Assembly (NCBI RefSeq): GCF_006345805.1 | Contig: NC_043000.1 | Span: 75,082,001-75,146,000 of the forward strand | DNA: 64,000 bases | From: Octopus sinensis | Taxonomy: Eukaryota | Reading direction: 5' to 3' | Shown here: positions 49,606 through 62,389 of the stretch, piece by piece | Numbering within the stretch: position 1 is the stretch's first letter | Layout: the number at the start of each line of letters is the position of its first letter | Position numbers and translations under genes: made by a program | Notes under the pieces: generated by a model | The model's database searches: none | What the model was told of the DNA's origin: nothing | Seen by the model: the letters and a program-made list of their open reading frames with translations, nothing else

Positions 49606-52298
49606 CATAGCCAATGATATAGCAGAAAAGAAGAAGTTTGCCAATGTCCAGCGACGTGAGGACCAAAGAACTGAGGTATTTCGTATTGCTAGACAGTGTG
49701 TGAGAGAAAATAGTGATGTTACAGGAGAGAAATGTGTCCGCATGGATGATGGGGCACTTGCTTTTAATGTTGGTGAAAAGAAAGAGGCTTGGAGAAGCCA
49801 TTATGAAAGACTGCTGAATGTGGAGAATGAATGGGAGGAGGAGAGCCTGCCAAATGTTGACCCAGTAGAGGGACCAGCTATCCAAATAGACAGCTCCCTT
49901 GTAGTTAAGGCAATTAAGGATATGAAACCAGGTAAAGCCCCCGGCCCATCAGGTATCACTGCTGAGATGCTTAAAACAGCTGGTTATGCGGGCTATGGCC
50001 TAGTCACCCGTATTGTTAACCAGGTAGTTCATAATGGAGTCATACCCAATGACTGGCGTAGCAGCACCATAGTCAACTGCTACAAGGGTAAGGGTGATGC
50101 TCTAGATAGAAATAACTACAGGGGTATTAAACTGTTGGATCAGGTGATGAAAGCCACAGAGAGGGTCATAACCCATCTCATTAGGGAGAGAATTTGCTTA
50201 GATGAGATGCAGTTCGGTTTTGTGCCAGGTAGAAGCACCACTGATGCTATATTCCTGGTCCGACAACTGCAGGAGAAGTACCTAGCTAAAGATAAACCCC
50301 TCTACATAGCTTTTGTGGACTTGGAGAAAGCCTTTGACAGGGTTCCCCGATCCCTTATCTGGTGGTCGATGCGGAAACTGTTGATTGACGAATGGCTAAT
50401 AAGGGCTGTACAGGCTCTATACAGAGAGGCTGTCAGCAACGAACATAGTGAAGAATTCCGGGTAGAAGTAGGTGTACACCAGGGCTCAGCCCTCAGTCCC
50501 CTTTTATTCATCATAGTCCTCTAGGCAATAACAGAGGAATTCAAAACAGGTTGCCCCTGGGAGCTCCTCTGTGCTGATGACCTGGCCCTCATAGCAGAAT
50601 CACTACCGGAACTAAAAAAGAAATTTCGGGTGTGGAAACAAGGGTTAGAATCAAAGGGCCTTAGAGTAAATGTAGCGAAGACCAAAGTTATAGTATGCAG
50701 AAAGGCGAACTCAGCACACACCCCATCGGGCAGGTGGCCCTGCTCGAGCTGAGGAAAGGTGTAGGTAGAAACTCCATAAGATGCACCCAGTGTAAGCTAT
50801 GGACACATAAGAGGTGCAGCAACATCAAAGGGAAATTAACTGATAAGATAGCTTTCATGTGCGACAGATGCACAGGGACAATAGACACCACAAACACTCA
50901 GAAAACAGATTCCATCACACTCCAGGGGGAGAAACTAGAAGTAGTTGATAGTTTCCACTACCTGGGTGACCAAGTTAGTAGTGGGGGTGGATGCTCAGAG
51001 AGTGTCACCACTAGAACACGAATAGCCTGGGCAAAGTTTAGAAAGCTCCTACCCCTACTGGCGACAAAGGGTCTCTCACTCAGAGTGAAAGGTAGATTGT
51101 ATGATGCATGTGTGCGAACTGCCATGCTTCACGGCAGTGAAACATGGGCCGTGACTGCAGAGGACATGCGTAGACTTGAAAGAAATGAAGCTAGCATGAT
51201 CCGCTGGATGTGTAATGTCAGTGTGAATGCACGACAGAGTGTAAGCACCCTGAGAGAAATGCTAGGCATAAGAAGCATCAGATGCGGTGTGCAAGAGCGA
51301 CGCTTGCGATGGTATGGTCATGTACTGCAGATGGATGAGGAGAGATGTGTGAAGAAGTGCCACTCCTGAACAGTTGAAGGAATCAGGGGGAGAGGTAGAC
51401 CCAGGAAGACATGGGATGAGGTAGTCAAGCATGACCTCAGAGCGTTGGGCCTCACTGAGGCAATGGCGAAGGACCGAGATCTCTGGAGATGTGCTGTGAC
51501 TACTAAGACCCGAGATGCTTCCGGCACCAGTTCCGCATACCCCCTGCCCATTCAAAGTACCTTGGATCCCGGAGCATCTCGCTGTGTTTGAGGAGACCTG
51601 TTGAGTCAAGTACATGAACATCGAACCAAATATCAATGGAAACAGTAGTAGTGATACCTGTGCCGGTGACACATAAAAAGCACCATCCGAACGGGGCCGT
51701 TTCCAGTGCAGCCTCGACTGGCTTCTGTGCCGGTGGCACATAAAAAGCACCATCCGAACGTGACCGATGCCAACCCCGCCTCGAACGGCTTCTGTGCCGG
51801 TTGCACATAAAAAGCACCATCCGAATGTGGCCGATGCCAGCACCGCCTCAACTGGCTTCTGTGCCGGAGGCACATAAAAAGCACCAACCAATCGTGGCCG
51901 ATGCCAGACCCCTCTGGCACCATTGGCCATTGCCAGTGCCGCCTCGACTGGCTTCTGTGCCGGTGGCACATAAAAAAGCACCAACCGATCATGGCTGATG
52001 CCAGACCCCTCTGGCACCTGTGCAGGTGGCACGTAAAAAGCACCAACCGATCGTGGCCGATGCCAGACCCCTCTGGCACCTGTGCAGGTGGCACGTAAAA
52101 AGCACCCACTACACTCGCGGAGTGGTTGGCGTTAGGAAGGGCATCCAGCTGTAGAAACACTGCCAGATCAGACTGGAGCCTGGAGCAGCCCCTGGCTCCC
52201 CAGACCCCGGTCGAACCGTCCAACCCGTGCTAGCGCGGAAAACGGAGGTTAAACGATGATGATGATGATGATACACCGAGTAAAAAATTTCAGTTATC
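49163..52298. repeat. Fold-back element: inverted arms with embedded microsatellite and 76-bp spacer; right arm split by an RTE
   Basis: Left arm 49163-49329; right arm 49406-~49605 plus 52270-52298. Unique parts on both sides of the microsatellite match exactly. Confidence 0.85.
49601..52269 (+). mobile_element. 5'-truncated, relatively well preserved RTE LINE with expanded 3' UTR minisatellite
   Basis: 274-aa and 224-aa RT ORFs (QFGFVPGRSTTDAIF, HQGSALSPLLF, MLHGSETW) and (GAT)n tail. Confidence 0.95.
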
Positions 52299-53695
52299 TC
52301 TCTCTTTCACACATTTCCCTCTCTGTCTCTTCACACACACTAACAGGGCTTGATGATTGGGGTGGCATCTTGAGAGGGGTTCCAGGGAAACAAGGTGTGG
52401 TTTAGGAACCCGAGGATGTACCTCATGAAACATGTGTTGCCAAAGAATAAAACAGTAATTAATTTATGTATTTTTTGGTATACAACCTGCCATTAATCCC
52501 TTTCTTATAAAATAGTTGAAGAATCTGGGGTGTAGGAATTGGGCCAGTATTGGAACTTTTAACTCCTTGCTCTCTATCTTATGATCTCCGAAATTTAAGA
52601 ATCTTGTGTTAACTGGGCTCTTATTATTTACTCTGACTCTGCCACCACCTCAATGCAAAGACTATCAATATCAGAATCATCTTCACAACCACTACTGAGA
52701 CATCCTAACATAATCAATGCCACTACTTCTATCATCATCATTATCATCATCATCCACTTCCGCCACCACCACCACCACCTCTGCAAAAACACCAACACTA
52801 TAATTGCTGCCATCATACACATCCACTGTCACCACTACACCACCACCACCACCACTGCCATGATAACCACATCTACCACCTCCAACACCATTGCCACCAC
52901 TATCTATGAGACATCCTAAGTTAGATACTACTTTCACTTTCTAGTTGCTCTTTGAGTTTATTATATCTAATCTATCTCTCTAAAAGATGCAAACCAAGTA
53001 GCATTAAATGGAGAATGGATATGAGCAGAAAGAGAGTAAGTTCCATTCCAGTTTACAATTATAGAATTATTCTCAAACCATAAATGAATGGTGGAGAGGA
53101 GTGAAGGAGGAGTCATGTTTCCTGTGAGAGGTTACATAAGTATTATTACACTGTTGTTAGAATAGCTGTGGAAAATGTAAGTTAGAATCAAATTTGATGC
53201 TAAATTCTTTTATAGTCATGTTTCCAATGAAATACGCATAATCAATTTGAACAGTCTTAGTAAAATAACTACTTTCTTTAATTATTAATCAGGTGTTTGG
53301 ATCAACAAAATTATGAGATAAAGGTGAGAAGGTCAATAGAGTGTCTAGCTGCTTGTAACTATGTAGACACTTAAAATAATGAGTGAAAGCATGGTATATA
53401 TTACTAAGTCATACTCGCTTGCAGGCAGTCACTATGATTTTTTTTATCTGCTTATATATATGCAATGAAGCATTGATGTTTCATTGTATATTTGGACATA
53501 ACAATTAATTCTTCATCGTCAAACTGTCCAACCCATGCCAGCATGAAACATGGATGTTAAATGATGATGACTACATGATGACACTTCACATTATTGAAAC
53601 ATTGGGAATAGGAACTAGATCATCTGATGATGTTAACACATGACAGAGTGGCTTCCTCTCCCTGTAGCGAGGAAGATTTTAATTGATATGTTTCT

Positions 53696-53884
53696 CCTTT
53701 TAGCATTTAAACCGGCCGTATCTAGCCCAAATATTCTACCTGTTTTATGTTCAAACCGGTCAGGCCTGGCCTCTAGAAAGTCAATCTAAAAATAAGCAAT
53801 CAGATCAATGAAATCTCAAGGCTACAGGTAATGCATGATTAATTTAAAGCAATGTGAATAAACAATCTGAATGTTAAGGAGTTA
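53696..53884. mobile_element. Degraded short MITE-like element, possibly piggyBac-type ends
   Basis: ttttagcattta... and ...tgaatgttaaggagttaa form a weak inverted pair ending in TTAA. Confidence 0.35.
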
Positions 53885-54851
53885 AGATGAAACAAGAATT
53901 GAACACTGGTTTTTAACAGTGATATCAGAGATCTTTTAAATTGAATTACATCACTTTTAATATTGAAACAAACTACTGTAACAATGTTAAACAAAATAAT
54001 TGCATTCTTATTTGAACTAAAATCCATCATTCTCAGTATCATAAATAAAGGTGCCAGTCGCACCTCAGTGCTTACATGTTTGTCTTGTCTAATAAATGGA
54101 AGATTACTGAACATAAGACACTTGGGTCACTCAGCCAAGTTTCATCTGAGCAATATATGTGAAAGTTCTGGAAATTTGTGACCTTTTTGTATTTCAAATA
54201 ATGTGCAAATCTGAGAATAATATACATTGTTGGATACAGACATACAACTAAACTTATATATTTTAGATTTTCTCAAAAAGTCTAACAATTGCTGACTAAT
54301 ATCACTAGCTTCTCTATTACTGCCTGTGTCTCTCCTCTCTTTTTGTTATTCTATCTACAGATAGGTTTATGTGTGTAGTTCTTATATATACACATTCATA
54401 CATTACCTCTTTTACTTGTTTCAGTTATTGAACTGTGGCACCACCTTGAAAGGTTTAGTGAAACTAATTGCGCCCACTACATATTTTTAAGTTTGTTATT
54501 TATCAGTGTTGTTTGCTAAACCGTGAAATTGCAAGGACATAAACAAAACAACACCAGTTGTTAATTTGGGATAGGGACAAACACAAAGACATTGTCTATG
54601 ATGCTACTGGATCAACTAAAATATGTTACCCCCTACTATATTATTGAATAGTTTTTCTCCTATTTGTTATACTAACTACACCCTCACACACACAAATACA
54701 TTTTATCCAGACACAGAAACTTATGTTGCAAAGAGAAAGTATGAACAAAATGTAGTCCTGCAACTCAGTTGGGAGTGGAGGTAGAGGTACTGGCTCAGTT
54801 CTGCCCAACTAATGCCAGCATAGAAAAGTGATGATAATGCGGATCATGAAT

Positions 54852-55245
54852 ATCATCATCATCGTTTAATGTCCGTTTTCCATGCTAGCATGGGTTAGAC
54901 GGTTCAACCGGGATCTGGGAAGCCAGAAGGCTGCACCAGGCTCCAGTCTGATCTGGCAGTGTTTCTACAGCTGGATGCCCTTCATAATGCCAACCACTCC
55001 GTGAGTGTAGTGGGTACTTTTTATGTGCCACTGGCTCAGGTGCCAGGCGAGGCTGGCAATGTCCACGATTGAATTGGTGCTTTTTACATGCCACCAGCAT
55101 GGAAGCCAGTGAAGGCGGCGCTGGCATTGGCCACATCCGGACGGTGCTTTTGACATGCCACCGGCACAGGGATCACAACTACAATTTCCATTGATTTTTA
55201 ATGTTGATGTACTTGACTCAATAGGCTTCCTCAAGCACAGGGTCG
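54852..55245 (-). mobile_element. RTE 3' UTR fragment
   Basis: Matches 40559-40960. Confidence 0.88.
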
Positions 55246-55399
55246 AATATATATTTTTTAATATTTTTTTGCAAACAACATGCAGATGCAAGTGTTACCT
55301 GTTGAAAGCTCTGCATACCAGATGCAAGTTTATGGGGCCATTAGGAGAGAATGCCTGCCATTTCGGGACCTATCTCTTGACAGCATCATTGGGCACTCC

Positions 55400-55760
55400 T
55401 CACTGAAATGAGACCCTGCCTGCTAGATCAACTGGTCATCAGGTTTCACTCAATATTCTTCTAGCCATTGCTCATTGTTGCTTTCTAATCAAATCCAGTG
55501 GTTTGCCTTTTCCAGTGTAGTTTGGATATTACTCCTAGTGGTATTTGCTTTACGATGAATTAAGTCAATGATGGCAATAGTCACTTCACACTGTGTCCAA
55601 CAAACCCTCTACATCCAACTTTGATTGAAAAATGCTCTGCTTTCCAGCCTGTGTCTTCACATTCCTCTAGGAGGTTTTCATAACAGCCAATCTTTTGAGC
55701 TCGAGCGGCATCCATGTTATCTTCATGAGGAACTCAACTAGATTTACCATTTTCTTTCTT
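55400..55760 (-). mobile_element. RLE-endonuclease C-terminal fragment of an R2/NeSL-type LINE
   Basis: Minus strand reads approximately HEDNMDAARAQKIGCYENLLEECEDTGWKAEHF...VGCRGFVGHSVK. Confidence 0.6.
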
Positions 55761-56192
55761 TTACGCCATATTATCATATATATATACACACACACACATG
55801 TATATATACGTGTGTGTGTGTGTGTATATATAGATATATATATATCATGATCATCATCATCATCACTTTTTGGTCCTGGCATCTGTTTGGCAAGACTGAG
55901 TTAGTTCTTATTGACATTTACTTCCCCACTCTACCTACCCCAACTATATTTTGGAGTTGACTACTTCAAGTTTCTTATTTCTTTGCATCCATCAACTAAT
56001 GATAATATAGTATATCTTGTATATAATATAACATATACATATATCAAAACAGGAGATAAGAAAAAATTTTTGGTATTATTTATTCACCATTACACATGTT
56101 TCATTTACTAATAGGGGTTACAAAATTGTATTTAACAGAGAAACATGTAAGATATCTTCTGTTAGAAAGTCTTCAGACAGAAAATCAGAAAA

Positions 56193-59100
56193 TCATGCTG
56201 AGTAAAAAGTAAGCAACATTTTGAAACATGAAATTCATCACAATATATTTCAGCAATATGGAAATTTTATTCATCAAAGTAAGTACCATTACAATCAACA
56301 CATTTGTGCCAATGAGTTACAAGTTTGTTTATTCTGGTAACATAAAAATCTGGAGTTCTGGAGCTGATGAACTCTTTGAACACAGTTTCAGCATCAGTTT
56401 GATTTTTGAACTCCTTCTCTTTCAGGAAACCATCAAGGTGCTTGAAAAAGTGGTAGTCGGTAGGAGAAAGGTCTGGGAAATAAGCTGGGTGGGGAAGAAA
56501 TTCATAGCCAAGTTCCTTCAACTTTTGGAGCATCATTAGTGAAATTTATGGTCGAGCATTGTTATGAAGAATGATTGGCCCTCTTCTGTTGACCAGTCTG
56601 GGACAGAGGAGTAGCGGTTTTTCTTTCATTTTGGCAATTTCATGACAATATGTTTCTGCAGTAATGTTTTTTCCCGATTTTAAAAAGTTATAATCGATGA
56701 TTCCAAAAGTACACCACCAAGCAGTCACCATAACCTTCTTTTTGAAGAGCTTGGGTTTAGGGAAGGTTTTCAGTGCTTCATTTTGCTCCAAAGGAGAGGT
56801 GGAGGTGTTGCTGTGTATGTTAAATCTGATCACAAACCGTCCAGCGGTATTCTACCCACTAATGCTCAACCTACAACAAAATTCGATGCCGTCTATTGCA
56901 AGCTGAGCCTATCCGAGTTTTGCCTGCCTGTGTTAGCTGTCTACAGGCTGCCTCTCGCCGACCCCCAGGATGATGCTCATTTACTCGAAGCGATAGGATT
57001 CGTTTCAGCTTCGCATGACTGTTTGATACTAGGAGACTTCAACGCACTCACGATCGATTGGCCCGCATCAATTTGTACATCATCTTCCCGGTTCGGCCAG
57101 GCCCTTCTTGACGTGGCTGAAGATTGTTTTCTATCGCAACATGTTGAATATCCGACAAGGCATCGGTCTGGGCAGCAGCCATCTATGCTGGATCTGGTAT
57201 TCTCCCGCTATCCAAGATCAGTGTCAGACGTATCTGTGTGTGCCCCTCTTGCCAAGAGTGATCATGCGGTCCTGAAGTTCATCATGCACACAACTTTTTC
57301 TACGCCCACGACTACTTCGCTGCCACGTAGAGTCTTCTCTGCAATTAATCTTGAAATTCTAACCGAGGCTTCCACGCTTCTGGACTGGCGATCCCTGATG
57401 ACGTTGTCCTCAGTTGACGAACTATGGTCATCCCTCAAAGCATATGTAATCTGGTTGACTGACCAGGCAGTTCCCGTTGGGCTTCCCAAGAGGAAGAAAC
57501 ACAAGCCCTGGGTGACGAAGAAGGTTAAACGAGAACGTCGACTCAGAGATATTGCTTGGGCTGAATTCAAAAATCTGGATTCGACTGCAGCTTTTGAGGT
57601 GTACAAAACTCAACGAGACCGAGCCGTGAAAATTGAAAAGGAAGAACGCTTCAGTTATGAATACAAAATCACGGCAAATGCCAGTAGCAATCCAAAAACC
57701 TTCTTTGCCCATGTCCAACGGAATTCCCGCTTGAACAACCAGATTGCAACGTTGGTAGACTCAACAGGCGTATCGATTGAGGACCCTTATCAACAGAGTC
57801 AATTATTTGCCGAGGCTTTTTCAACTATTTTCAAACAAGATGACGGTCGTGAACCTCCTCCATTTGATAGATCGGTACCTCCAATGCTTCGATTGGTCAT
57901 CACGCGGGACGAAGTCAAACGTGTTATTCAAGGCCTCGATGTCAACAAGGGTCACGGCCCTGATGGCTTACACCCACGGGTTATCAAAGCGTTGGCTCCG
58001 GTCATCTGCGAGCCCTTAACACGTCTATTCAATATGTCATTGGCGACAGGTGTTATACCTGCGGACTGGAGAACAGCGATAATCTGCCCAATTTTCAAGA
58101 AAGGGAGCCGCGAAGACCCGCTTAACTACCGACCGGTTTCCCTTACATCAATAATCAGCAAGATGTTCGAAACCATCCTTAAGAAAGTATGATGCTCCAC
58201 CTCCAAAACACAGCCTCCATCTCTGATTCCCAACACGGCTTCGTGCTGAAGAGATCATGCTTGACCAACTTACTGGTAATGGAAGAATTGGTGACGCACA
58301 TCCTCGATGATAGTGATGCTGTTGACATCGTTTTATTGGACTTTGCCAAAGCTTTTGACTCGGTAAACCACCGCCTATTACTTGTCAAGCTTCAAGCATA
58401 TAGTTTCCATCCGGATATTGTACGATGGGTTGGTGCCTTCCTCTCAGATCGCTCCTTCCAAGTCCAAGTTAATAGTTCGCGGTCCGACGTCTCCAGTGCG
58501 AGCAGTGGCGTGCCTCAAGGTTCAGTGCTTGGGCCCTTATTGTTCTTAGTCTTCATAAATGACTTGCCCGACGACCTCACGCAACACACCCTTCTATTTG
58601 CTGACGATGTCAAACTGGTCGCTCCTCGCGGTGATATAGAGGATCTTCGTCGATGCCTCCACCAAATTTGGAGGTGGTCTAACGAATGGGACCTGTGTCT
58701 GAACGTGTCAAAGTGCTGTCATCTGCCTGTTGGCTCTCCTCCTGCTACTCAACTTGATTTCGAGCCGGGTCGTCTGCTGCTGGAGAGGACCGATCAGGTA
58801 AAGGACCTGGGTAACTTGGTGGATTCCTCCTTTTCGCCTTCGGCCCAGTGCGTCCATGCTGCCAACAAAGCACACGGAATTCTGTTCTTGATTCGACGGT
58901 CATTCGGAATGCTCACAGCAGCCTACCACTCTATGTCATGCTGGTGAGACCCATATTGGAATACGGGATTCAAGTCTCTTCTCCTTATCTCCTCAAAGAC
59001 ATACAGCATCTCGAAATAGTCCAGAAGCTGGCTACCCGCATGGTTCATGGTCTCAAAAATTTGTTCTATGAAGAAAGGCTGAGGACGCTCGACCTTTATT

Positions 59101-60102
59101 CTCTAGAAAAACGCCGCCGCCGTGGTGATCTCATTCTCGCCCACAGCATCATAAGCGGAAAGTGTAACCTCTTGAAAGAGCTGTTCTTCACTCCTGCTCC
59201 AGAGCGTCGGCTGCGGGGTCATTCCGAAAAGCTCTACCTGCGACGATTTCATCTCAATCGAAGGAGAGGAGCTTTCTCCGTCCGGGTTGCGGATCCGTGG
59301 AACAAGCTGCCAGACGAGATGGTGAAGATGCCGACGACCGCTTTGTTCAAAGCCTCCCTTGACCTCAAGTGGCCTGAACTCTTTACATGAACATCACCCT
59401 GTACTTAACTCCATGTCCCCCTACATGGCCTTGCTATTTGCTTTTGAGCCAAATTAACTAACTAACTAACCACTGCAAAGAGCGTTTTTTATTGTACAGA
59501 ATCCACTTTTCATTGCAAGTTACAATATGGTCAAGAAATGGATTGGTCTGGTTGCAGAGAAGAAGCAATAAGCATTTTCTGATTTTCATTCAAATTTGTC
59601 GAGCTTTTTTGATTTTCTGATTGCATGAAAATGGTTGCAGGCAGTTTTCTGACTAACTTGAAGTTCTTTTGCCAGTTCTCAAGTGGTTTTATATGGATCT
59701 TTCTCAATGACAGTCTCTACTTGACTGTCATCGATGACAGATGGGCGTCCATAATGCTCACAATCTGCAAAATCATTTAAACCATTTTCAAGCTGACCTC
59801 TCACTGGTCATTTCCCCACCAAATGTTTCATTGATATCATGAACAGTTTTAGCTGCTTTACATCCTTTTTTGAAGTTGAATTGCAAAACTCCTCAAATAT
59901 CGCACTTTCACAGTTCCATTTCAGATGATTGTAAGAATGGGGAAAAAAAATATAAATGTTAATTTATTGATGCATTTGGGTAAGTTTATATCTGTATTAT
60001 CAGACAACTGCAAAAAAAGTTTAACAAAAATTCAAAACCCTGCAAAAATCTGGTACAAATTCTTCATGGTTCAAAACGTTGCTTATTTTTTATTCAACCT
60101 GA
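56193..60102 (-). mobile_element. Degraded mariner transposon with both TIRs, interrupted by CR1
   Basis: TIRs 56193-56235 and 60064-60102, with TA at right. HIVTCNEKWILY (right part) continues to KKVMVTAWW, LHNNARP and YFPDLSPTDYHFF (left part). Confidence 0.9.
56792..59468 (+). mobile_element. 5'-truncated, GC-rich CR1-clade LINE with two frameshifts
   Basis: GGGVAVYV, LGDFN, LDLVF, SDH, NYRPVSLTS, QHGF, LDFAKAFD, PQGSVLGP, FADDVKL. Frameshifts near 58185 and 58925; (TAAC)n tail. Confidence 0.95.
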
Positions 60103-60401
60103 TAATTGATTCGCTGTCTGAGGAGTTTTTAATAAGAGATATTTTATAATTTTCTCTTACATGTATAATATTCTAACTTGTACTAGCAAATGAAGCATGT
60201 GAATAAATAATACTAAAAATATTTTCCAGTCTACTGTTTTGATGCGTAATTACTCTGCAAATATTATTTTCCAATATTTTTCTACTCTTATACATACCTC
60301 ACACAATTATAACATCTACATACAATGTTGGCATACTGGAATATACAGGTGTGCTTCACGAGGACACGGCTTCGATTACAACTCTATCTACATACTATAT
60401 A

Positions 60402-60462
<61 letters not shown>

Positions 60463-60487
60463 GCATACATATGTACAGAAAGACTGA

Positions 60488-60645
60488 CAGAAGGCACAGG
60501 CACGTAGTTCCCTTCTTAATCATATGGTTTTGAGTTCAGTCCCAGTGCATGGCAACTTCGCCAAGTATCACTTATGATAGCCAAGATTGACCAAATCCTT
60601 GTGAGTGAATTTGATAGATGGAACCTGTAAGAAATCTATCTATAT
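60488..60645 (+). mobile_element. Degraded tRNA-SINE head
   Basis: ggttttgagttcagtcccagtgcatggc...ccttgtgagtgaatttgatagatgga matches the SINE at 32295-32452. Confidence 0.6.
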
Positions 60646-60994
60646 AATATGTGTGTATATCTGTTTATGTTTGTGCTCTATAAAAGTTGCAAGCTACAAT
60701 GTTTGCTGTTGTCATTTCTCTGGTTGACAAATTGTCTGCTTACTTCAAGCCTTTCAAGACATGTGTAATTAAGAGATTCCTTATTTAAAACACAGTCAAG
60801 TGTTAATGACAGGAAAGGCATCTGGTTGTGAAAGAATACTTCAATCATTTTTTCATTTAAAACATACTTGACTCGAAAAACATGTAAATCAAACAAGACA
60901 TATTCAAATAATACATGTATTTGATGATATTTATATGTATATATACATATGATATATGTATATATGATTGAAATATATATGTATATACATATAT

Positions 60995-61025
<31 letters not shown>

Positions 61026-61140
61026 CTATATATATAAAAATTATTAAGAGACAAAACCACTATTTTGCAAAACAAACAAGGAAAGACTTAATCAATACAT
61101 AAAATTTTAATATATATATATGTATGTATATATATATATA

Positions 61141-61829
61141 TTTTTTTTTTTTTTCTAGTTTCAGCTCAGAGCTGCGGCCATGCTGATGCACCGACGTTTT
61201 GTGCTACACTGTTATTACAACGAACCTCGTCTAATATGTGGCACTTGGTGAAGAATGGAGTTTGATATAGCTACTCTCATTTGCACCTCTTGCCGTGAGG
61301 TAGGTTCATCTGAGATTCTTGACAGGAAGATGTCCAGCTTTGATTTAAAAACCGCTACATCTACTTTGTGCAAGTTCCTCAGACTCTTTGGGAGAATATT
61401 AAAAAGCTGTGGGCCCTTGAAACCCAGGCTGTTGCAGAAGCTGGTCCTGAAGCGTGATGGCATTGCTGGGATCTTTGGCACTATGCAGTGTCGTCCCGTT
61501 CTAGCATTGGTGTAGCTTACAATGCCAAAATTTGGTACAATTCCTTCCAGGATCTTCCAGACATATATTATTGCATACCTCTCCCGTCTTCTCTCCAGGG
61601 AGTAGAGTCTTAGCTGTTTCAACCTTTCCCAGTAGCTGAGCTGTTGCAAAGAGATGATCTTCTTTGTGAATCTTCTCTGGATTGCTTCAAGGTCCACTGT
61701 TAATTTTACACTGGTGGGTGACCATAGCTGTGAGCAGTAATCCAGGTGACTGAGGATGAATGTCCGCCAGAGGACCATCATAGTTTCCTTATCTCTGGTT
61801 CTGAATGTTCTTAGGATCCACCCAGCCAG
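61141..61829 (-). mobile_element. CR1-clade LINE 3' end (different family from 56792)
   Basis: SHLDYCSQLWSP, EAIQRRFTK, SLERRRER, FNILP, FKSKLDIFL, then a short UTR and A-rich tail. Confidence 0.9.
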
Positions 61830-61850
61830 ATATATATATATATATACATA

Positions 61851-62345
61851 ACATCGCTGGCCAGCCACATATGGCAACTAGAAGACGACAGAGTTCCACA
61901 CTCCATCTTATGGAAAATCCTCAAAATCTCAGACCTCTACATAAATGGGATGAAACGTTGCAAGCTATGCATAGCTGAATGCATGGGAATCCTAAGGGAC
62001 TCATTCGAACCAGGGGCTATACTTAACTCCAGAATGGAGATTCTTGGGCCATGCTTGCACTTTAGGAGATTTCTACTGGCCTTTTGGGAACTGCTAGAAG
62101 GTGATAGCTAACAGGAGAGGGAGATAATCCCCTATTATTTACCCTCAGCTGAATGATGGCATTATGGTTGGAAGCTATTGGCGAAAGGAGATTTCAGACT
62201 TTCCCTTCCATATTTTAAAGAGGTCATAGGTCATCAAGTTTTGGAGTCTGATGATATGCCATAAAATTAAACCCTTTATGGACAGGAAACCCAGGATAAC
62301 CCCAAAAATCGGCCTTCACCAGGAAAAATATAGACCACTCTACTT
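61851..62345 (+). mobile_element. PLE 3' fragment: EN C-terminus plus pLTR with degenerate hammerhead
   Basis: SLASHIWQLE...WKILK...KRCKLCIAE...LNSRMEILGPCLHFRRF. CTGATGA at 62248 and GAAA at 62286. Confidence 0.75.
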
Positions 62346-62389
62346 CTTAGAGTGTGCTTCGCTGGATTTATATTTTTCTAAAAACGATA

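Noticed and set aside
51655-52110. CRISPR-like array
   Set aside because: Units are degenerate tandem repeats inside a LINE 3' UTR with related rather than unique spacers, in a eukaryotic context with no cas genes.
56792-59468. GC-rich segment as assembly contamination
   Set aside because: It splits a host mariner whose reading frame resumes on both sides, and it ends in a proper LINE tail.
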